From: an uncultured Planctomycetota bacterium
GTDB taxonomy: Bacteria; Planctomycetota; Planctomycetia; Isosphaerales; Isosphaeraceae
Direction of reading: 5' to 3'
DNA: 64,000 bases
Assembly: GCA_963845755.1 (NCBI GenBank)
Contig: CAWJTV010000042.1
Span: 64,001 to 128,000 of the forward strand
The translations under genes were made by a program, and so were the position numbers. Shown here piece after piece: positions 30,876-40,167 of the stretch; the first letter of the stretch is position 1; each line of letters begins with the position of its first letter. Under the pieces are notes generated by a model that ran no database searches, was not told the DNA's origin, and saw only the letters and a list, made by a program, of their open reading frames with translations.

Positions 30876-33224
30876 TCACCGAGCAACGCCCCGATTCTGG
30901 AACGCTCGGCTCTCCACGATCCCGAAAATGATGTTCTGGATTCGATAGTCGTTGGCGGCAAGCTGCTGGCGAATCTCCTCAACCGCACAAAAGTCGTAGG
31001 CCTCCAATCCTCGTCCCAGGCCATAGGTTAACAGGTTCTCGACGAGAGCCCTCGTGAATTTCTTGGCCGCGGTGGACCCGAGGAGTTGCTTCAGCTCCCG
31101 GATATCCGAGAACTTGCGTCCCCCGATCAGCTCTCCGGACGGATCGATCGGGAACTGGCCGTCTCGGACCCTCCAGCGCCCCACCGCATCGTAGTTCTCC
31201 AGGGCAAAGCCCAGAGGATCCATCTGCTGATGACACGTGGCGCATTCCGGCGTGGCCCGGTGCACCTCCATGCGTTCTCGCAACGTGGCGGCATCGGCGG
31301 CCTGCTGGCTTTCGTCCAACTTCGGGACATCCGGTGGAGGCGGCGGGGGTGGCGTCCCGAGGAGCTGTTGCAAGATCCACTGTCCCCGTTTCACCGGCGA
31401 GGTCCGGTTGGGGTTCGATGTCAACGTGAGCACGCTGGCCTGCGTCAGCACGCCACCGCGCCGCCGATCCGCCAGTTCCACCTTGCGAAACCCCTTGCCT
31501 GTAACACCGTCCATCCCATAATGCCGCGCCAAAGCCTCATTGACAAAGGTGTAGTTGGAATCCAGCAGTTCCAGCACGCTCCGATCGTATCGCAGGATGT
31601 ATGCGAAGAATTCCTCGGTCTCCTGGCGCATCGCCTCGCGGAGCGTGTTGTTGAAACCGGGGAAGAGGTCCTTGTCCCGGGCCACGCCCGCCAGCTTGCG
31701 GAGTTGCAACCACTGGCCGGCGAAGTTCTCCACGAATGCGTCGGACCTGGGGTCGGCCAGCATGCGGACCACCTGTCGGCGAAGATCGGTCCGAAGCGTC
31801 TTCGCGCGGGCTTCGCGGATCAGCTCGTCATCGGGCATGCTGCTCCAGAGGAAATACGAGAGCCTGCTGGCGAGCTCGAACTCGGTCAACGGCCGATCGT
31901 CGCGGGCCTCCTCCGGCTCGACCAGAAACAGGAACTTGGGAGAAGCCAGCACGGTCGTCAGGGCGACCTGCACGGCGCGTTCGTAACTCTCACCCCGGTC
32001 GTGGGCCAGTCGAAAGATCTGGAGGACGCGTTCGACTTCATCGGGCTGAACCGGCCGTCGAAAGGCCCGTTCCGCGAACCGGGCGATCACCTGGCGTGCA
32101 CAATCGATCCGCGATTGATCGCCGAAATCGGGAGTACAGAACACGATCCTCTGATGTGACTCGGGAAGCTGGTCGGCCTTCACCGAGACGGGGCCACGCA
32201 CGACCATGGAGTCCACATGGAGGCCCGTCTCGACCCCATAACGCTTGTCTCCGCTGACGTTGGCGGCAACGTCCTTGGGCCTGTCGACATTCGGATCCTT
32301 CGACTGGCCGGGAGCCAACGCGACATGGACCAGGTTGTCCCCTTCCGCGACCCTGAGCCAGTAGCGATAGACCACCGTCTCGTCCTGAACCCGCGCGGCG
32401 GCCACGGTGCGGCGATCCTTGCCGAACCCGATCATCAACCGAGGCGGCGGGACCGATTCCGGAATCCCAACGCGCACCAGGCTGAAATCGGCCAGGTAAC
32501 GACCCGGCTTCAAGGAATGCTTGAACTCGACCGCTCCGTTGGGCGGTAGCGGATATGTCTTCAAGCCAATCAATTCTTTGGGTGAGTATTCCTCCGCGTC
32601 GGGCAAGACGATCGCCTTCTGCAAGGCCAGGTCCGCCGCGTCGAGATACTTCTCGACATGGATGGGTGAGATGTTGAGTGCGGAACCCACATTGTCGAAC
32701 CCGAAACCGATATCATCGGGGGGGAAGGCATCCGCCAGGTGAAGATCCTGCCCTAACAGGTCGCGGATTGTATTGTTGTATTCCTGCCGGTTGAGCCGCC
32801 GGATCACGACCGGAGCCGAGCTGACTTGCTTCGCACATTGAGCGGCCAGGAAGTCCTTCTCGATCCAGCCGCCGATGCGATCCCGTTCTTCCAGCGTGGG
32901 TTGGGGCATGTCGGCCGGGGGCATGATCCCTCCCTGGAGCGCATCCCGCACGCGGAGCCAGGTCCTCCCGTCCTTGACAGCCACTTCCTGATTCTCGTAG
33001 CGATCGAGGACGATTCCCGCCTCCGAACTCTCATTTGCGTGGCAGTCGAAGCAGTATCGCTCGAGCAAGGGCAGGACTTGCCTTTGAAACGGGTCGCGCG
33101 GCTCCGGCTCTCTCGCGGTCGCCGGAGCGAAACTCATCAACATCGTGATGGCCGATGCGAGGACAGCCACCAGGGCGATGGAAGTCACGCCGTACAACAA
33201 ACATCGGATTCTGAGCGTTTTCAT
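30876..33224 (-). CDS. DUF1592/1588/1587/1595/1585 planctomycete cytochrome c protein
   Basis: YCFDCH, RRLNRQEYNNTIRDL, GFDN, ELASRLSYFLWSSMPD, TSPVKRG, CATCH, DPLGFALENYD. Confidence 0.94.
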   Translation of the reverse strand: MKTLRIRCLLYGVTSIALVAVLASAITMLMSFAPATAREPEPRDPFQRQVLPLLERYCFDCHANESSEAGIVLDRYENQEVAVKDGRTWLRVRDALQGGIMPPADMPQPTLEERDRIGGWIEKDFLAAQCAKQVSSAPVVIRRLNRQEYNNTIRDLLGQDLHLADAFPPDDIGFGFDNVGSALNISPIHVEKYLDAADLALQKAIVLPDAEEYSPKELIGLKTYPLPPNGAVEFKHSLKPGRYLADFSLVRVGIPESVPPPRLMIGFGKDRRTVAAARVQDETVVYRYWLRVAEGDNLVHVALAPGQSKDPNVDRPKDVAANVSGDKRYGVETGLHVDSMVVRGPVSVKADQLPESHQRIVFCTPDFGDQSRIDCARQVIARFAERAFRRPVQPDEVERVLQIFRLAHDRGESYERAVQVALTTVLASPKFLFLVEPEEARDDRPLTEFELASRLSYFLWSSMPDDELIREARAKTLRTDLRRQVVRMLADPRSDAFVENFAGQWLQLRKLAGVARDKDLFPGFNNTLREAMRQETEEFFAYILRYDRSVLELLDSNYTFVNEALARHYGMDGVTGKGFRKVELADRRRGGVLTQASVLTLTSNPNRTSPVKRGQWILQQLLGTPPPPPPPDVPKLDESQQAADAATLRERMEVHRATPECATCHQQMDPLGFALENYDAVGRWRVRDGQFPIDPSGELIGGRKFSDIRELKQLLGSTAAKKFTRALVENLLTYGLGRGLEAYDFCAVEEIRQQLAANDYRIQNIIFGIVESRAFQNRGVAR

Positions 33225-33490
33225 CGTTTCGAGCAACTCGCGCCGGTGGCCTGCCAACCGGTTTGGGAAGATTGGGGATAACGGCAAGCCCGAGGTCTTC
33301 TCATCTCAGCGTCGATTTCGACGGAACCAGCCCCATTCTCTTGAACAAATATTGGACACGGACCGAAGGCCGGCGTCCAGTGGATAATCGAATTTGCCGG
33401 GCGTCCAGAGGGCCGGATGTGGGATCGTACGTCTCGCGACCCACTTTGGCGCGACAAAGGTCTGAGCACTCACTCGTCGAAATCGTCTTC

Positions 33491-33609
33491 GAGTCTGTTC
33501 CCGATGGGGCAGGTTCGGGCGAGCGGGGGGCGTCAGCCCCGTGTCCGGTGAGCGACGCCCTCGAAAACAGGGGGCTGACGCCCCCCGCTCGCCCTTCGCG
33601 AACAGACTC
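33491..33609 (-). mobile_element. MITE carrying a REP-like hairpin, copy 2 (119 bp, TTC target duplication), inverted relative to copy 1
   Basis: Perfect 10-bp TIR GAGTCTGTTC...GAACAGACTC, TTC on both flanks; aligns end to end with 27142..27261. Confidence 0.82.
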
Positions 33610-33844
33610 TTCGTTGACCCGCGACGTGAACTTCGCGATAAGAATCCAGGAGAATCTGTGCAACATTTGCCTGCGCCGACTCGATAAACTAGATGTGTGA
33701 CCTTTTGCGCCCATCGCCCCAGACTCCGAAACGATCGATGAAACATCCGATTCGAGACGGCATGGATCCATGCCTGCGACGTTCTCGGCGGGACAGTCTG
33801 CCGAGCGATTCCGTTCGGCTCCTGGTAAAAAGGCGATTCAGACC

Positions 33845-35030
33845 ATGTTAGGTCGTGTTCTGGTCCTCTCAGCCAGTGCGGGAGCGGGTCATCTCCGGGC
33901 GGCGGAGGCCGTCGAGAAGGCGATCCAGGTTCGGGGTCTCGCATCGGAGGTCCAGCATCTCGACGTGCTCAAGTACACCAACCAGGTGTTCCGGCACTTC
34001 TATTCCAAGGCGTACATCGACCTGGTTAACAAGGCGCCGGAGGTCCTCGGTTGGCTTTACGACTACCTGGACGACCCCAAGAAGAACGACCCGGTCCGAC
34101 TGGCTTTCGACCGTCTGAACGCCAATCCGTTCATCCGATATCTCCGCCGTTATCAGCCCGATGTGGCGATCTGCACCCATTTCCTGCCGTCCGGCATCAT
34201 CTCGTCGCTGAAGGAGGAAGGGAAGGTGCGGGTCTTGAACTCGGTGGTGGTCACCGATTTCGACGTCCACGCAATGTGGCTGTGCCGTCATGCGGAGCAA
34301 TACTTCGTCGCCCTGGACGAGACCAAGGTCCACCTGAGAGCGCTGGGCGTGCCCGAGTCCCTGGTGACGGTCTCGGGGATTCCCATCGATCCGGTCTTCG
34401 CGGTCCCCAAGGACAAGCGCGCCCTGCGTCGAAAGCATGGTCTGGAAGAAGAGCGGTTCACGATCCTGGTCTCGGCGGGGGGATTCGGGGTCGGGCCGGT
34501 TGGACACCTGATGCAGGCGCTCACCCGGTTAGAGCACTCGGCGCGGGTGGTGGTCGTCTGCGGGCGGAACGAGGCCCTGAGGGCCGAACTCTCCGCGGCG
34601 ATCAAGACCTTCCCGAAGCGCTCACCGGTCTCGTTCACGCTTCTCGGGTTCACGACCGAGATGGATGAGTTGATGACGGCGGCCGACCTCTACGTCGGCA
34701 AGCCGGGAGGTTTGACCACGTCGGAGGCCCTGGCCAAGGGGCTGCCCATGGTGGTGATCAACCCGATACCCGGCCAGGAGGAGCGGAACTCCGATCATCT
34801 GCTGGAAGAGGGGGTTGCACTCCGTTGCAACAACCTCCCCGCGCTGGCGTTCAAGATCGATACCCTTCTCGATACGCCCGGCAAACTGGCTCGGATGGCG
34901 GAAAACGCGCGGCGCTCTGGGTAAGCCCGAGGCGGCATTCGCGATTGTGGACCGGCTCAGTGCGCTTCGCGTTTCGCGATCCGCTTCGCCGGTCGAGAAG
35001 GCTCGGTATGCGACCGTGCGCGGTCGATAA
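33845..35030 (+). CDS. MGDG synthase/UgtP-like glycosyltransferase (GT28), frameshift near 34915
   Basis: SASAGAGHLRAA, ICTHFLP, VTDFDVH, GIPIDP, KPGGLTTSEA, PIPGQEERN; C-terminus LGKPEAAFAIV in the next frame. Confidence 0.92.
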
Positions 35031-35125
35031 GGGGACCAACCGGCCGCGACGTGGGTCTCCGTCGAGAACCGTCTGACCTGATGAGGAACTCCTGAGATCA
35101 GCAACCCATCGAACCGGAGGACATC

Positions 35126-35633
35126 ATGATCCCGACGCAATTTCAACTCTCCCTGACCCTGGGATTGATCCTCGGCGCCTCGAGCGCAGGCGCAAACGGC
35201 AGCGGGGGAAGTCACCACCACGGAACCACGGTCGTCGGCCCGGTCGGGCGTCGTGCGCAGCACGTCCGACGACACGACCCGATCCCTCACCTTCGAGATC
35301 TACCTGGATCAGAAGGAGGGGCATCGCTGGCGGCTCAAGGCGACCAACGGCCAGATCATCGCCACCTCCGGACAGGGCTACAAGGATCAGCGCGACTGCA
35401 AGAACGCGATCGATCGGATCAAGAAGGATGCGGCGACGAAGCTGAAGTTCGAGACCTATGAGGACAAGGCCAAGGAGCATCGCTGGCGGCTCAAGGCGAC
35501 CAACGGCCAGATCATCGCCACCTCCGGACAGGGTTACAAGGATGCGCAGAGCTGCAAGCACGCGATCGACGTGATCAAGAAGGGGGCGGAGAAGGCCAAG
35601 GTCGAGGAGGCGAAGTCATCCGCTCCGGCCTGA
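35126..35633 (+). CDS. YegP-like tandem DUF1508 protein with probable signal peptide (frameshift near 35185)
   Basis: Two FE.Y.D....HRWRLKATNGQIIATSGQGYKD domains; GGAGGA RBS before 35126; hydrophobic N-terminus in adjacent frame. Confidence 0.85.
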
Positions 35634-35687
35634 TGCGGAGGATCCTGAACGATCCAGAGATCCTCGACTGGTAGAGCCGATCGGGCC

Positions 35688-36140
35688 TCAAGTCAGCGAT
35701 CCGAGGACCGACTCTGGAGAGATCGTGACGATTTCGCGGTAGCGTCGGAAGTCAACCACATTGAACGTTAGGAGTCGATCGATTCCATTGATGATCATCG
35801 CGGCCACAAGCCGGGCATCATGACCGTTCTTTCCCATCACTTGATAATGGAGGACCAGGCGTTCCCACTCCGGCAGGATATCAGGAGTGTCTATTAGGAT
35901 GCGATACAATGTCTTGAGTTGGCTCAGCTCCGACTGGGCCCGGATAACCGCCCATCCCAGCCCATTCTCACTGAGCGGTCGAGTGGCGACAACCCAGAAC
36001 TCGTAGAGGTTTTGAGGAGTCAGGCATAGCACCTCCCCGCTCTGTCGCAACATGGCAACCGCGTTGACCGCTGGTTGGTGCATCGAATGGTGGGGTTGGG
36101 CAGATCGGGTCAGGATGTTGGTGTCGAGAAGAACGGTCAT
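35688..36140 (-). CDS. PIN-domain toxin
   Basis: VLLDTNIL, PQNLYEFWVVATRP, HDARLVAAM, LLTFNVVDF. Confidence 0.9.
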   Translation of the reverse strand: MTVLLDTNILTRSAQPHHSMHQPAVNAVAMLRQSGEVLCLTPQNLYEFWVVATRPLSENGLGWAVIRAQSELSQLKTLYRILIDTPDILPEWERLVLHYQVMGKNGHDARLVAAMIINGIDRLLTFNVVDFRRYREIVTISPESVLGSLT

Positions 36141-36400
36141 TCGCCCCGCCCCTCATAGATGCTCTCACGACTGTCGTCCGCTATGACGGCCGAGTTGGGA
36201 TGCCCCGCTGCCCAGGATCTCCAGCGTGAGATCCAAAGATCGGCCGAAGTCGCCTCCATGGCTGAGGACGCGACGCTGTGGATTCTGTACGCCTCCTGCT
36301 CGGCAAGCTCTTGGAGGAGGGCTTCGAGTGACTGCCCGTGGCGCACGGCCTTTTCTTGGAGCAATCGCTCGATTTCTGGTCGTAGATGAACCGTAATCAT
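36137..36400 (-). CDS. Antitoxin of PIN toxin
   Basis: ITVHLRPEIERLLQEKA..GQSLE, DDSRESIYEGRGE; ATGA overlap with toxin. Confidence 0.85.
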   Translation of the reverse strand: MITVHLRPEIERLLQEKAVRHGQSLEALLQELAEQEAYRIHSVASSAMEATSADLWISRWRSWAAGHPNSAVIADDSRESIYEGRGE

Positions 36401-36647
36401 GATCCAGTATAACTCCGTGGATAAATACTTCTCAACCTGCTATTATCGTAGCACGAATGGCGGCCCCGGACCACCCTCGTGGATCTCCGGCGCACCGGAT
36501 GCTGGGGCTCCGATTTCAAGCGTAGGACACCTGTGGCCGATGGCGAAAGTTCGGCGAGGCGAGTATCGTATTCTCGGGCCGTGGCGAAACCGCAACCATG
36601 ACACGCTGTTCGTTCGTGATCGAAGCAACCATCAGAGGAGATCCTTC

Positions 36648-37820
36648 ATGAGTCGCCTTCGGCTTTGCGTCGGATGTTGCCTGCTATTGGTCGTTTCGGC
36701 ACCGCTGCTGGCTGGGGCCGCCGAGGGGCCGGGCCCGTCCCTGAACGACTATTTCCCGCCTCCTGAAGAGCAAGGGGGCTGGCGGACCTTGCTGCCCGCG
36801 GAGGGCGAGCCCGATGACTCGCAGAAGGCGCGGATCCGCGAGGTCGGCGGGGTCGATTGGGACGCGCTCAAGGCGGCCTGGGACCACAACGCCGCGGCTC
36901 CCGGCGGTACGGGACTTCTGGTCATCCGCCGCGGCCAGATCGTCGGCGAGTGGTACAAGGAGGCCGACCGAACGACCGCGTTCAATATCTACTCCAGCTC
37001 AAAGTCCTACACGAGCACGGCATACGGGTTGATCCTCTCGGACTTCGGCAACGGTCCGCTTCCCGGCGGCAAGGCGCTGTCCCTCGACATGAAGGTCTGC
37101 AACGCCGAATGGCTTCCCGAGTCGCTGCCGCTGCCCGATCCTCGCAAGGCGGATATCACGGTCAGAAACCTTCTGAACATGGCCTCGGGCCTGGACACTC
37201 AGAACCCTCCGGAGAAGGATCACCCGTTCGAATGGGCGCTCGGCCACGTCGACGGCTCGCCGATGGTCCAGCTCAAGAACGACCCAGGCGCGGCCTTCCA
37301 TTACAGCAATGCCGGGGTCGCCCACCTGGTACTCGTGTTCCAGCGCGCGACCGGCGAGGATCTGTATCCGTTCTTGAAGCGGCGGCTGTTTGAGCGGATC
37401 GGCGAGACGCAATTGCGCTGGAAGCCGCTCGGCGGTCCCGATGGCGGCGTGGGGGCGATCGGCCCGTTCAGCCAGGGATATAGCGGCATCCACACCAACC
37501 CCCGCCAGCACGCGCGGTTCTGCTACCTGGCGTTGCACAAGGGAGAGTGGGCCGGCAAGCGGATTGTCCCGGCGTCGTACTATGACTTTGCCTGGAAGGG
37601 GACATCGGTTAAGCGCGACTACGGCGGTCAGTGGTGGACTGCTCCCCACATCCCCGGCGCACCGACCGACCTGGTCATGACACTGGGCCGCAACCACAAC
37701 GACGGTTTCGTCGTCCCCAGTCTCGACCTGGTGTTCATCCGGCTGGGCAATGGCGGAGAGTTCCCCAAGGAATTCGAGAAAGACCTGGTCCTGAAGGTCC
37801 TGGCGGCCGTGGTCAAATAG
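36648..37820 (+). CDS. Secreted serine hydrolase, beta-lactamase/AmpC family
   Basis: Signal peptide; YSSSKS (SxxK), ITVRNLLNMASGL, FHYSN, GGAGA RBS. Confidence 0.9.
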   Translation: MSRLRLCVGCCLLLVVSAPLLAGAAEGPGPSLNDYFPPPEEQGGWRTLLPAEGEPDDSQKARIREVGGVDWDALKAAWDHNAAAPGGTGLLVIRRGQIVGEWYKEADRTTAFNIYSSSKSYTSTAYGLILSDFGNGPLPGGKALSLDMKVCNAEWLPESLPLPDPRKADITVRNLLNMASGLDTQNPPEKDHPFEWALGHVDGSPMVQLKNDPGAAFHYSNAGVAHLVLVFQRATGEDLYPFLKRRLFERIGETQLRWKPLGGPDGGVGAIGPFSQGYSGIHTNPRQHARFCYLALHKGEWAGKRIVPASYYDFAWKGTSVKRDYGGQWWTAPHIPGAPTDLVMTLGRNHNDGFVVPSLDLVFIRLGNGGEFPKEFEKDLVLKVLAAVVK

Positions 37821-37893
37821 TTGTGGATCGCGCGGGCCGGCCGGAGGTGGCTGGTCCAGTCCGTCGATCGAACCGGGAGTCCATGGACGACTC

Positions 37894-38886
37894 ATGGAAG
37901 CCTATCTTCTGATACCTTTGTTCGTGGGATTGGTGATCGCGGCCTTGGCCTGGATCTGGCTGATCGTCCGCGCGATCGAGCAAGACGTCCGGTGGGGCCT
38001 CGGCAGCCTCATCCTACCGCCCGTGGCCCTCTGGTTCGCGGTGCGTCATCCTCAGCGGGCGATCGGGCCGCTCGTCTCGCTCGTGGCCGGCGGGGTGATC
38101 GCGGTCGCCCCGGCGTTCTATCTGCTGTCAGTGCCGGTCGCCCCGGAGTTGCAAAAAAAGCTCGGTGAGCGGCCCATGGTCTGGTCGCTGGCGAGTACGG
38201 CGCTGCGAAGCGATGTGGTTCACGAATGGATGGAAAGGCAGGCATTCTACCTCCAGGTCGGGGGCGTGGCCATGGCCGCCCTGGCCTGGATCTGGCTGAT
38301 CGTCCGCGCATTTCGGCAACGACGAGCCTGGGGGTGGAGTAGTCTCGTCGTGCCACCGATCGGGCTGGCCTTCGCCGCGCGCCATCCCCGGAAGGGCGTC
38401 GCGCCGCTGATTCTACTGGTACTGGCCATACTGGTCACCGCGACGCCGGCGGTCTACATCCTCTCGGTGCCGTTGGACCTGGGCGAACGCGTGAAGATCG
38501 TCGACGGCCGGCGCCATGTCACCTTGACCGGTTGGGATCGCAAGGATTACTCCTTGCTGGGACTGTTGCCGGATGTTTCGGTCCTCCAGATGGCCAACCC
38601 GGATGTGACCGACAGCGTCCTCGAGAAGCTCAGGGACATGAAGGCGCTTCACGAACTCGACCTCAATGGGACGCAGGTGACCGACGCGGGCCTCGGGGTC
38701 CTCCGAGACCTCCCCGCCCTGGAGACCTTGAGGCTGGCCAGGACCAAGATCACCGAGAAAGGGTTTCACGACGCGCTCTCATCCAAGGCGTCGTTGATGA
38801 TGCTCGACCTACGCGGGACACCCGTGAGCCGGGAGTCGATCAAGGCATGGCGCGATGCCAATCCGGAGCGCAAAGCGATGCAGTGA
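37894..38886 (+). CDS. Membrane protein with duplicated 3-TM module and C-terminal leucine-rich repeats
   Basis: Two ALAWIWLIVRA..W....L..PP..L.FA.RHP units; L.ELDLNGTQVTDAGL, LRLARTKITEKG, LDLRGTPVS. Confidence 0.82.
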   Translation: MEAYLLIPLFVGLVIAALAWIWLIVRAIEQDVRWGLGSLILPPVALWFAVRHPQRAIGPLVSLVAGGVIAVAPAFYLLSVPVAPELQKKLGERPMVWSLASTALRSDVVHEWMERQAFYLQVGGVAMAALAWIWLIVRAFRQRRAWGWSSLVVPPIGLAFAARHPRKGVAPLILLVLAILVTATPAVYILSVPLDLGERVKIVDGRRHVTLTGWDRKDYSLLGLLPDVSVLQMANPDVTDSVLEKLRDMKALHELDLNGTQVTDAGLGVLRDLPALETLRLARTKITEKGFHDALSSKASLMMLDLRGTPVSRESIKAWRDANPERKAMQ

Positions 38887-38953
38887 ACCGTAGGTGTCGA
38901 GGCCGAGGACGACGCGTCTGTTGGTTCGAAGGTTCGATACAGGAGCGACGCCA

Positions 38954-39826
38954 ATGAGCATGTCTCTGCGTGATTCGGTCCCGGGCGATTCGCAAAATGC
39001 CCTGTTCCTGGCGCGGGCCTGCGATCTGGCCTACTACAATGAATCGGAGGGGCCCGCGCGATTCCGTTCGGAACTGGGCCTGGAGGCGCGGCTGATCAGC
39101 GTAGATAACACACAGGTCTACGTCGCGGAGAACGACCAGTCGATCGTGGTTGCCTTCCGAGGTTCGGAGGCGCCCACAACTCTGGACGGGTTCAAGGATT
39201 GGCTCTTGACCAACGCCAACAACTACTTGATCCTCCCTGAGGGGCGGGCCGGCACCGATTTCGCCGCGGCAGGAGTGGGCGCGCGGTTCCACAAGGGGTT
39301 CCTTGAGGCTCTGGAGATGGTCTGGCAGCCGATGCTGACGGCCGTGAACGAGGCCATCAAGGCCAAGGAGCGGCCGGTCTGGGTCACGGGGCATAGCCTG
39401 GGGGGCGCGCTGGCGCTCCTGGCCGCGTGGCGGCTCCAACGCAACTTCGCCTCGATCCATGAGATTACCACCTTCGGTGCGCCGATGATCGGAAACGATG
39501 TCGCCGCCAGAGCATTCGAGCAGGACTTCTCGGGCAAGATCTTCCGCTTCGTCGATCTGGAAGACGTGGTGCCGCACCTTCCTTCGGTGAGTCTGGTCGC
39601 CAACGCCTACACCCATTGCCTGAATGAAGTCGGCCTGAGTGACGCCCAGGCTGCCGCCAAATCGGCCCTTGAAGCGCTCAAACAAGCGGGCGGCATCAGC
39701 GGCGATGGTACCGTCGATTCCGCGGTGGCCGATCAGGTCTGGGAGATGGTCAAGGGCCGGATCGCCGCGCACATGATCGGCACCTACCAGGCGCGGGTCG
39801 AGGCCAAATGCAAGGAGATGGCTTGA
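38954..39826 (+). CDS. Lipase class 3 family protein
   Basis: IVVAFRGS, FHKGF, VTGHSLGGALA, TFGAPMIG, DVVPHLP, AHMIGTY; AGGAG RBS. Confidence 0.93.
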   Translation: MSMSLRDSVPGDSQNALFLARACDLAYYNESEGPARFRSELGLEARLISVDNTQVYVAENDQSIVVAFRGSEAPTTLDGFKDWLLTNANNYLILPEGRAGTDFAAAGVGARFHKGFLEALEMVWQPMLTAVNEAIKAKERPVWVTGHSLGGALALLAAWRLQRNFASIHEITTFGAPMIGNDVAARAFEQDFSGKIFRFVDLEDVVPHLPSVSLVANAYTHCLNEVGLSDAQAAAKSALEALKQAGGISGDGTVDSAVADQVWEMVKGRIAAHMIGTYQARVEAKCKEMA

Positions 39827-39840
39827 TCCGTCCAGGCGGA

Positions 39841-40039
39841 TCATTTCGGCTCCATCGGTGCGTCGGTCCATCCCACGTCGAGGTTCCACTGCCGGGAGGC
39901 TTGCTTGCGCCTCTTGTTCCAGTCGGGCGAGATCGGCACCGCGGTGGCGCCGGTCTCCGTCCTTCCGTTTCGTGGAGCCCGGACGTTTCAGCCGCCGGTC
40001 GATGGACGACAGTTTCCGCCGTTTCTTCTCGGAGGCCAT
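39841..40039 (-). CDS. Possible small basic protein (about 65 aa, one frameshift)
   Basis: GAGGGGGAG RBS, MASEKKRRKLSSIDRRLKRPGSTKR; alternative frame gives ..PDWNKRRKQASRQWNLDVGWTDAPMEPK-stop at 39841. Confidence 0.4.
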
Positions 40040-40167
40040 GATGGCAGGCTCCCCCTCACGAATGTGAACGAGTATCGATCGGGAAATGATCGCGACGACG
40101 ATCGATATTCGACACAATCCGGCGCGTCAAGGTTCGTGCCCGCGCATCCTCAGGACCAAGGAAATCC

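Noticed and set aside
27142..33609. Composite transposon formed by the two inverted MITEs around the DUF1592 operon
   Set aside because: Each copy has its own distinct target duplication (TGA versus TTC), indicating independent insertions
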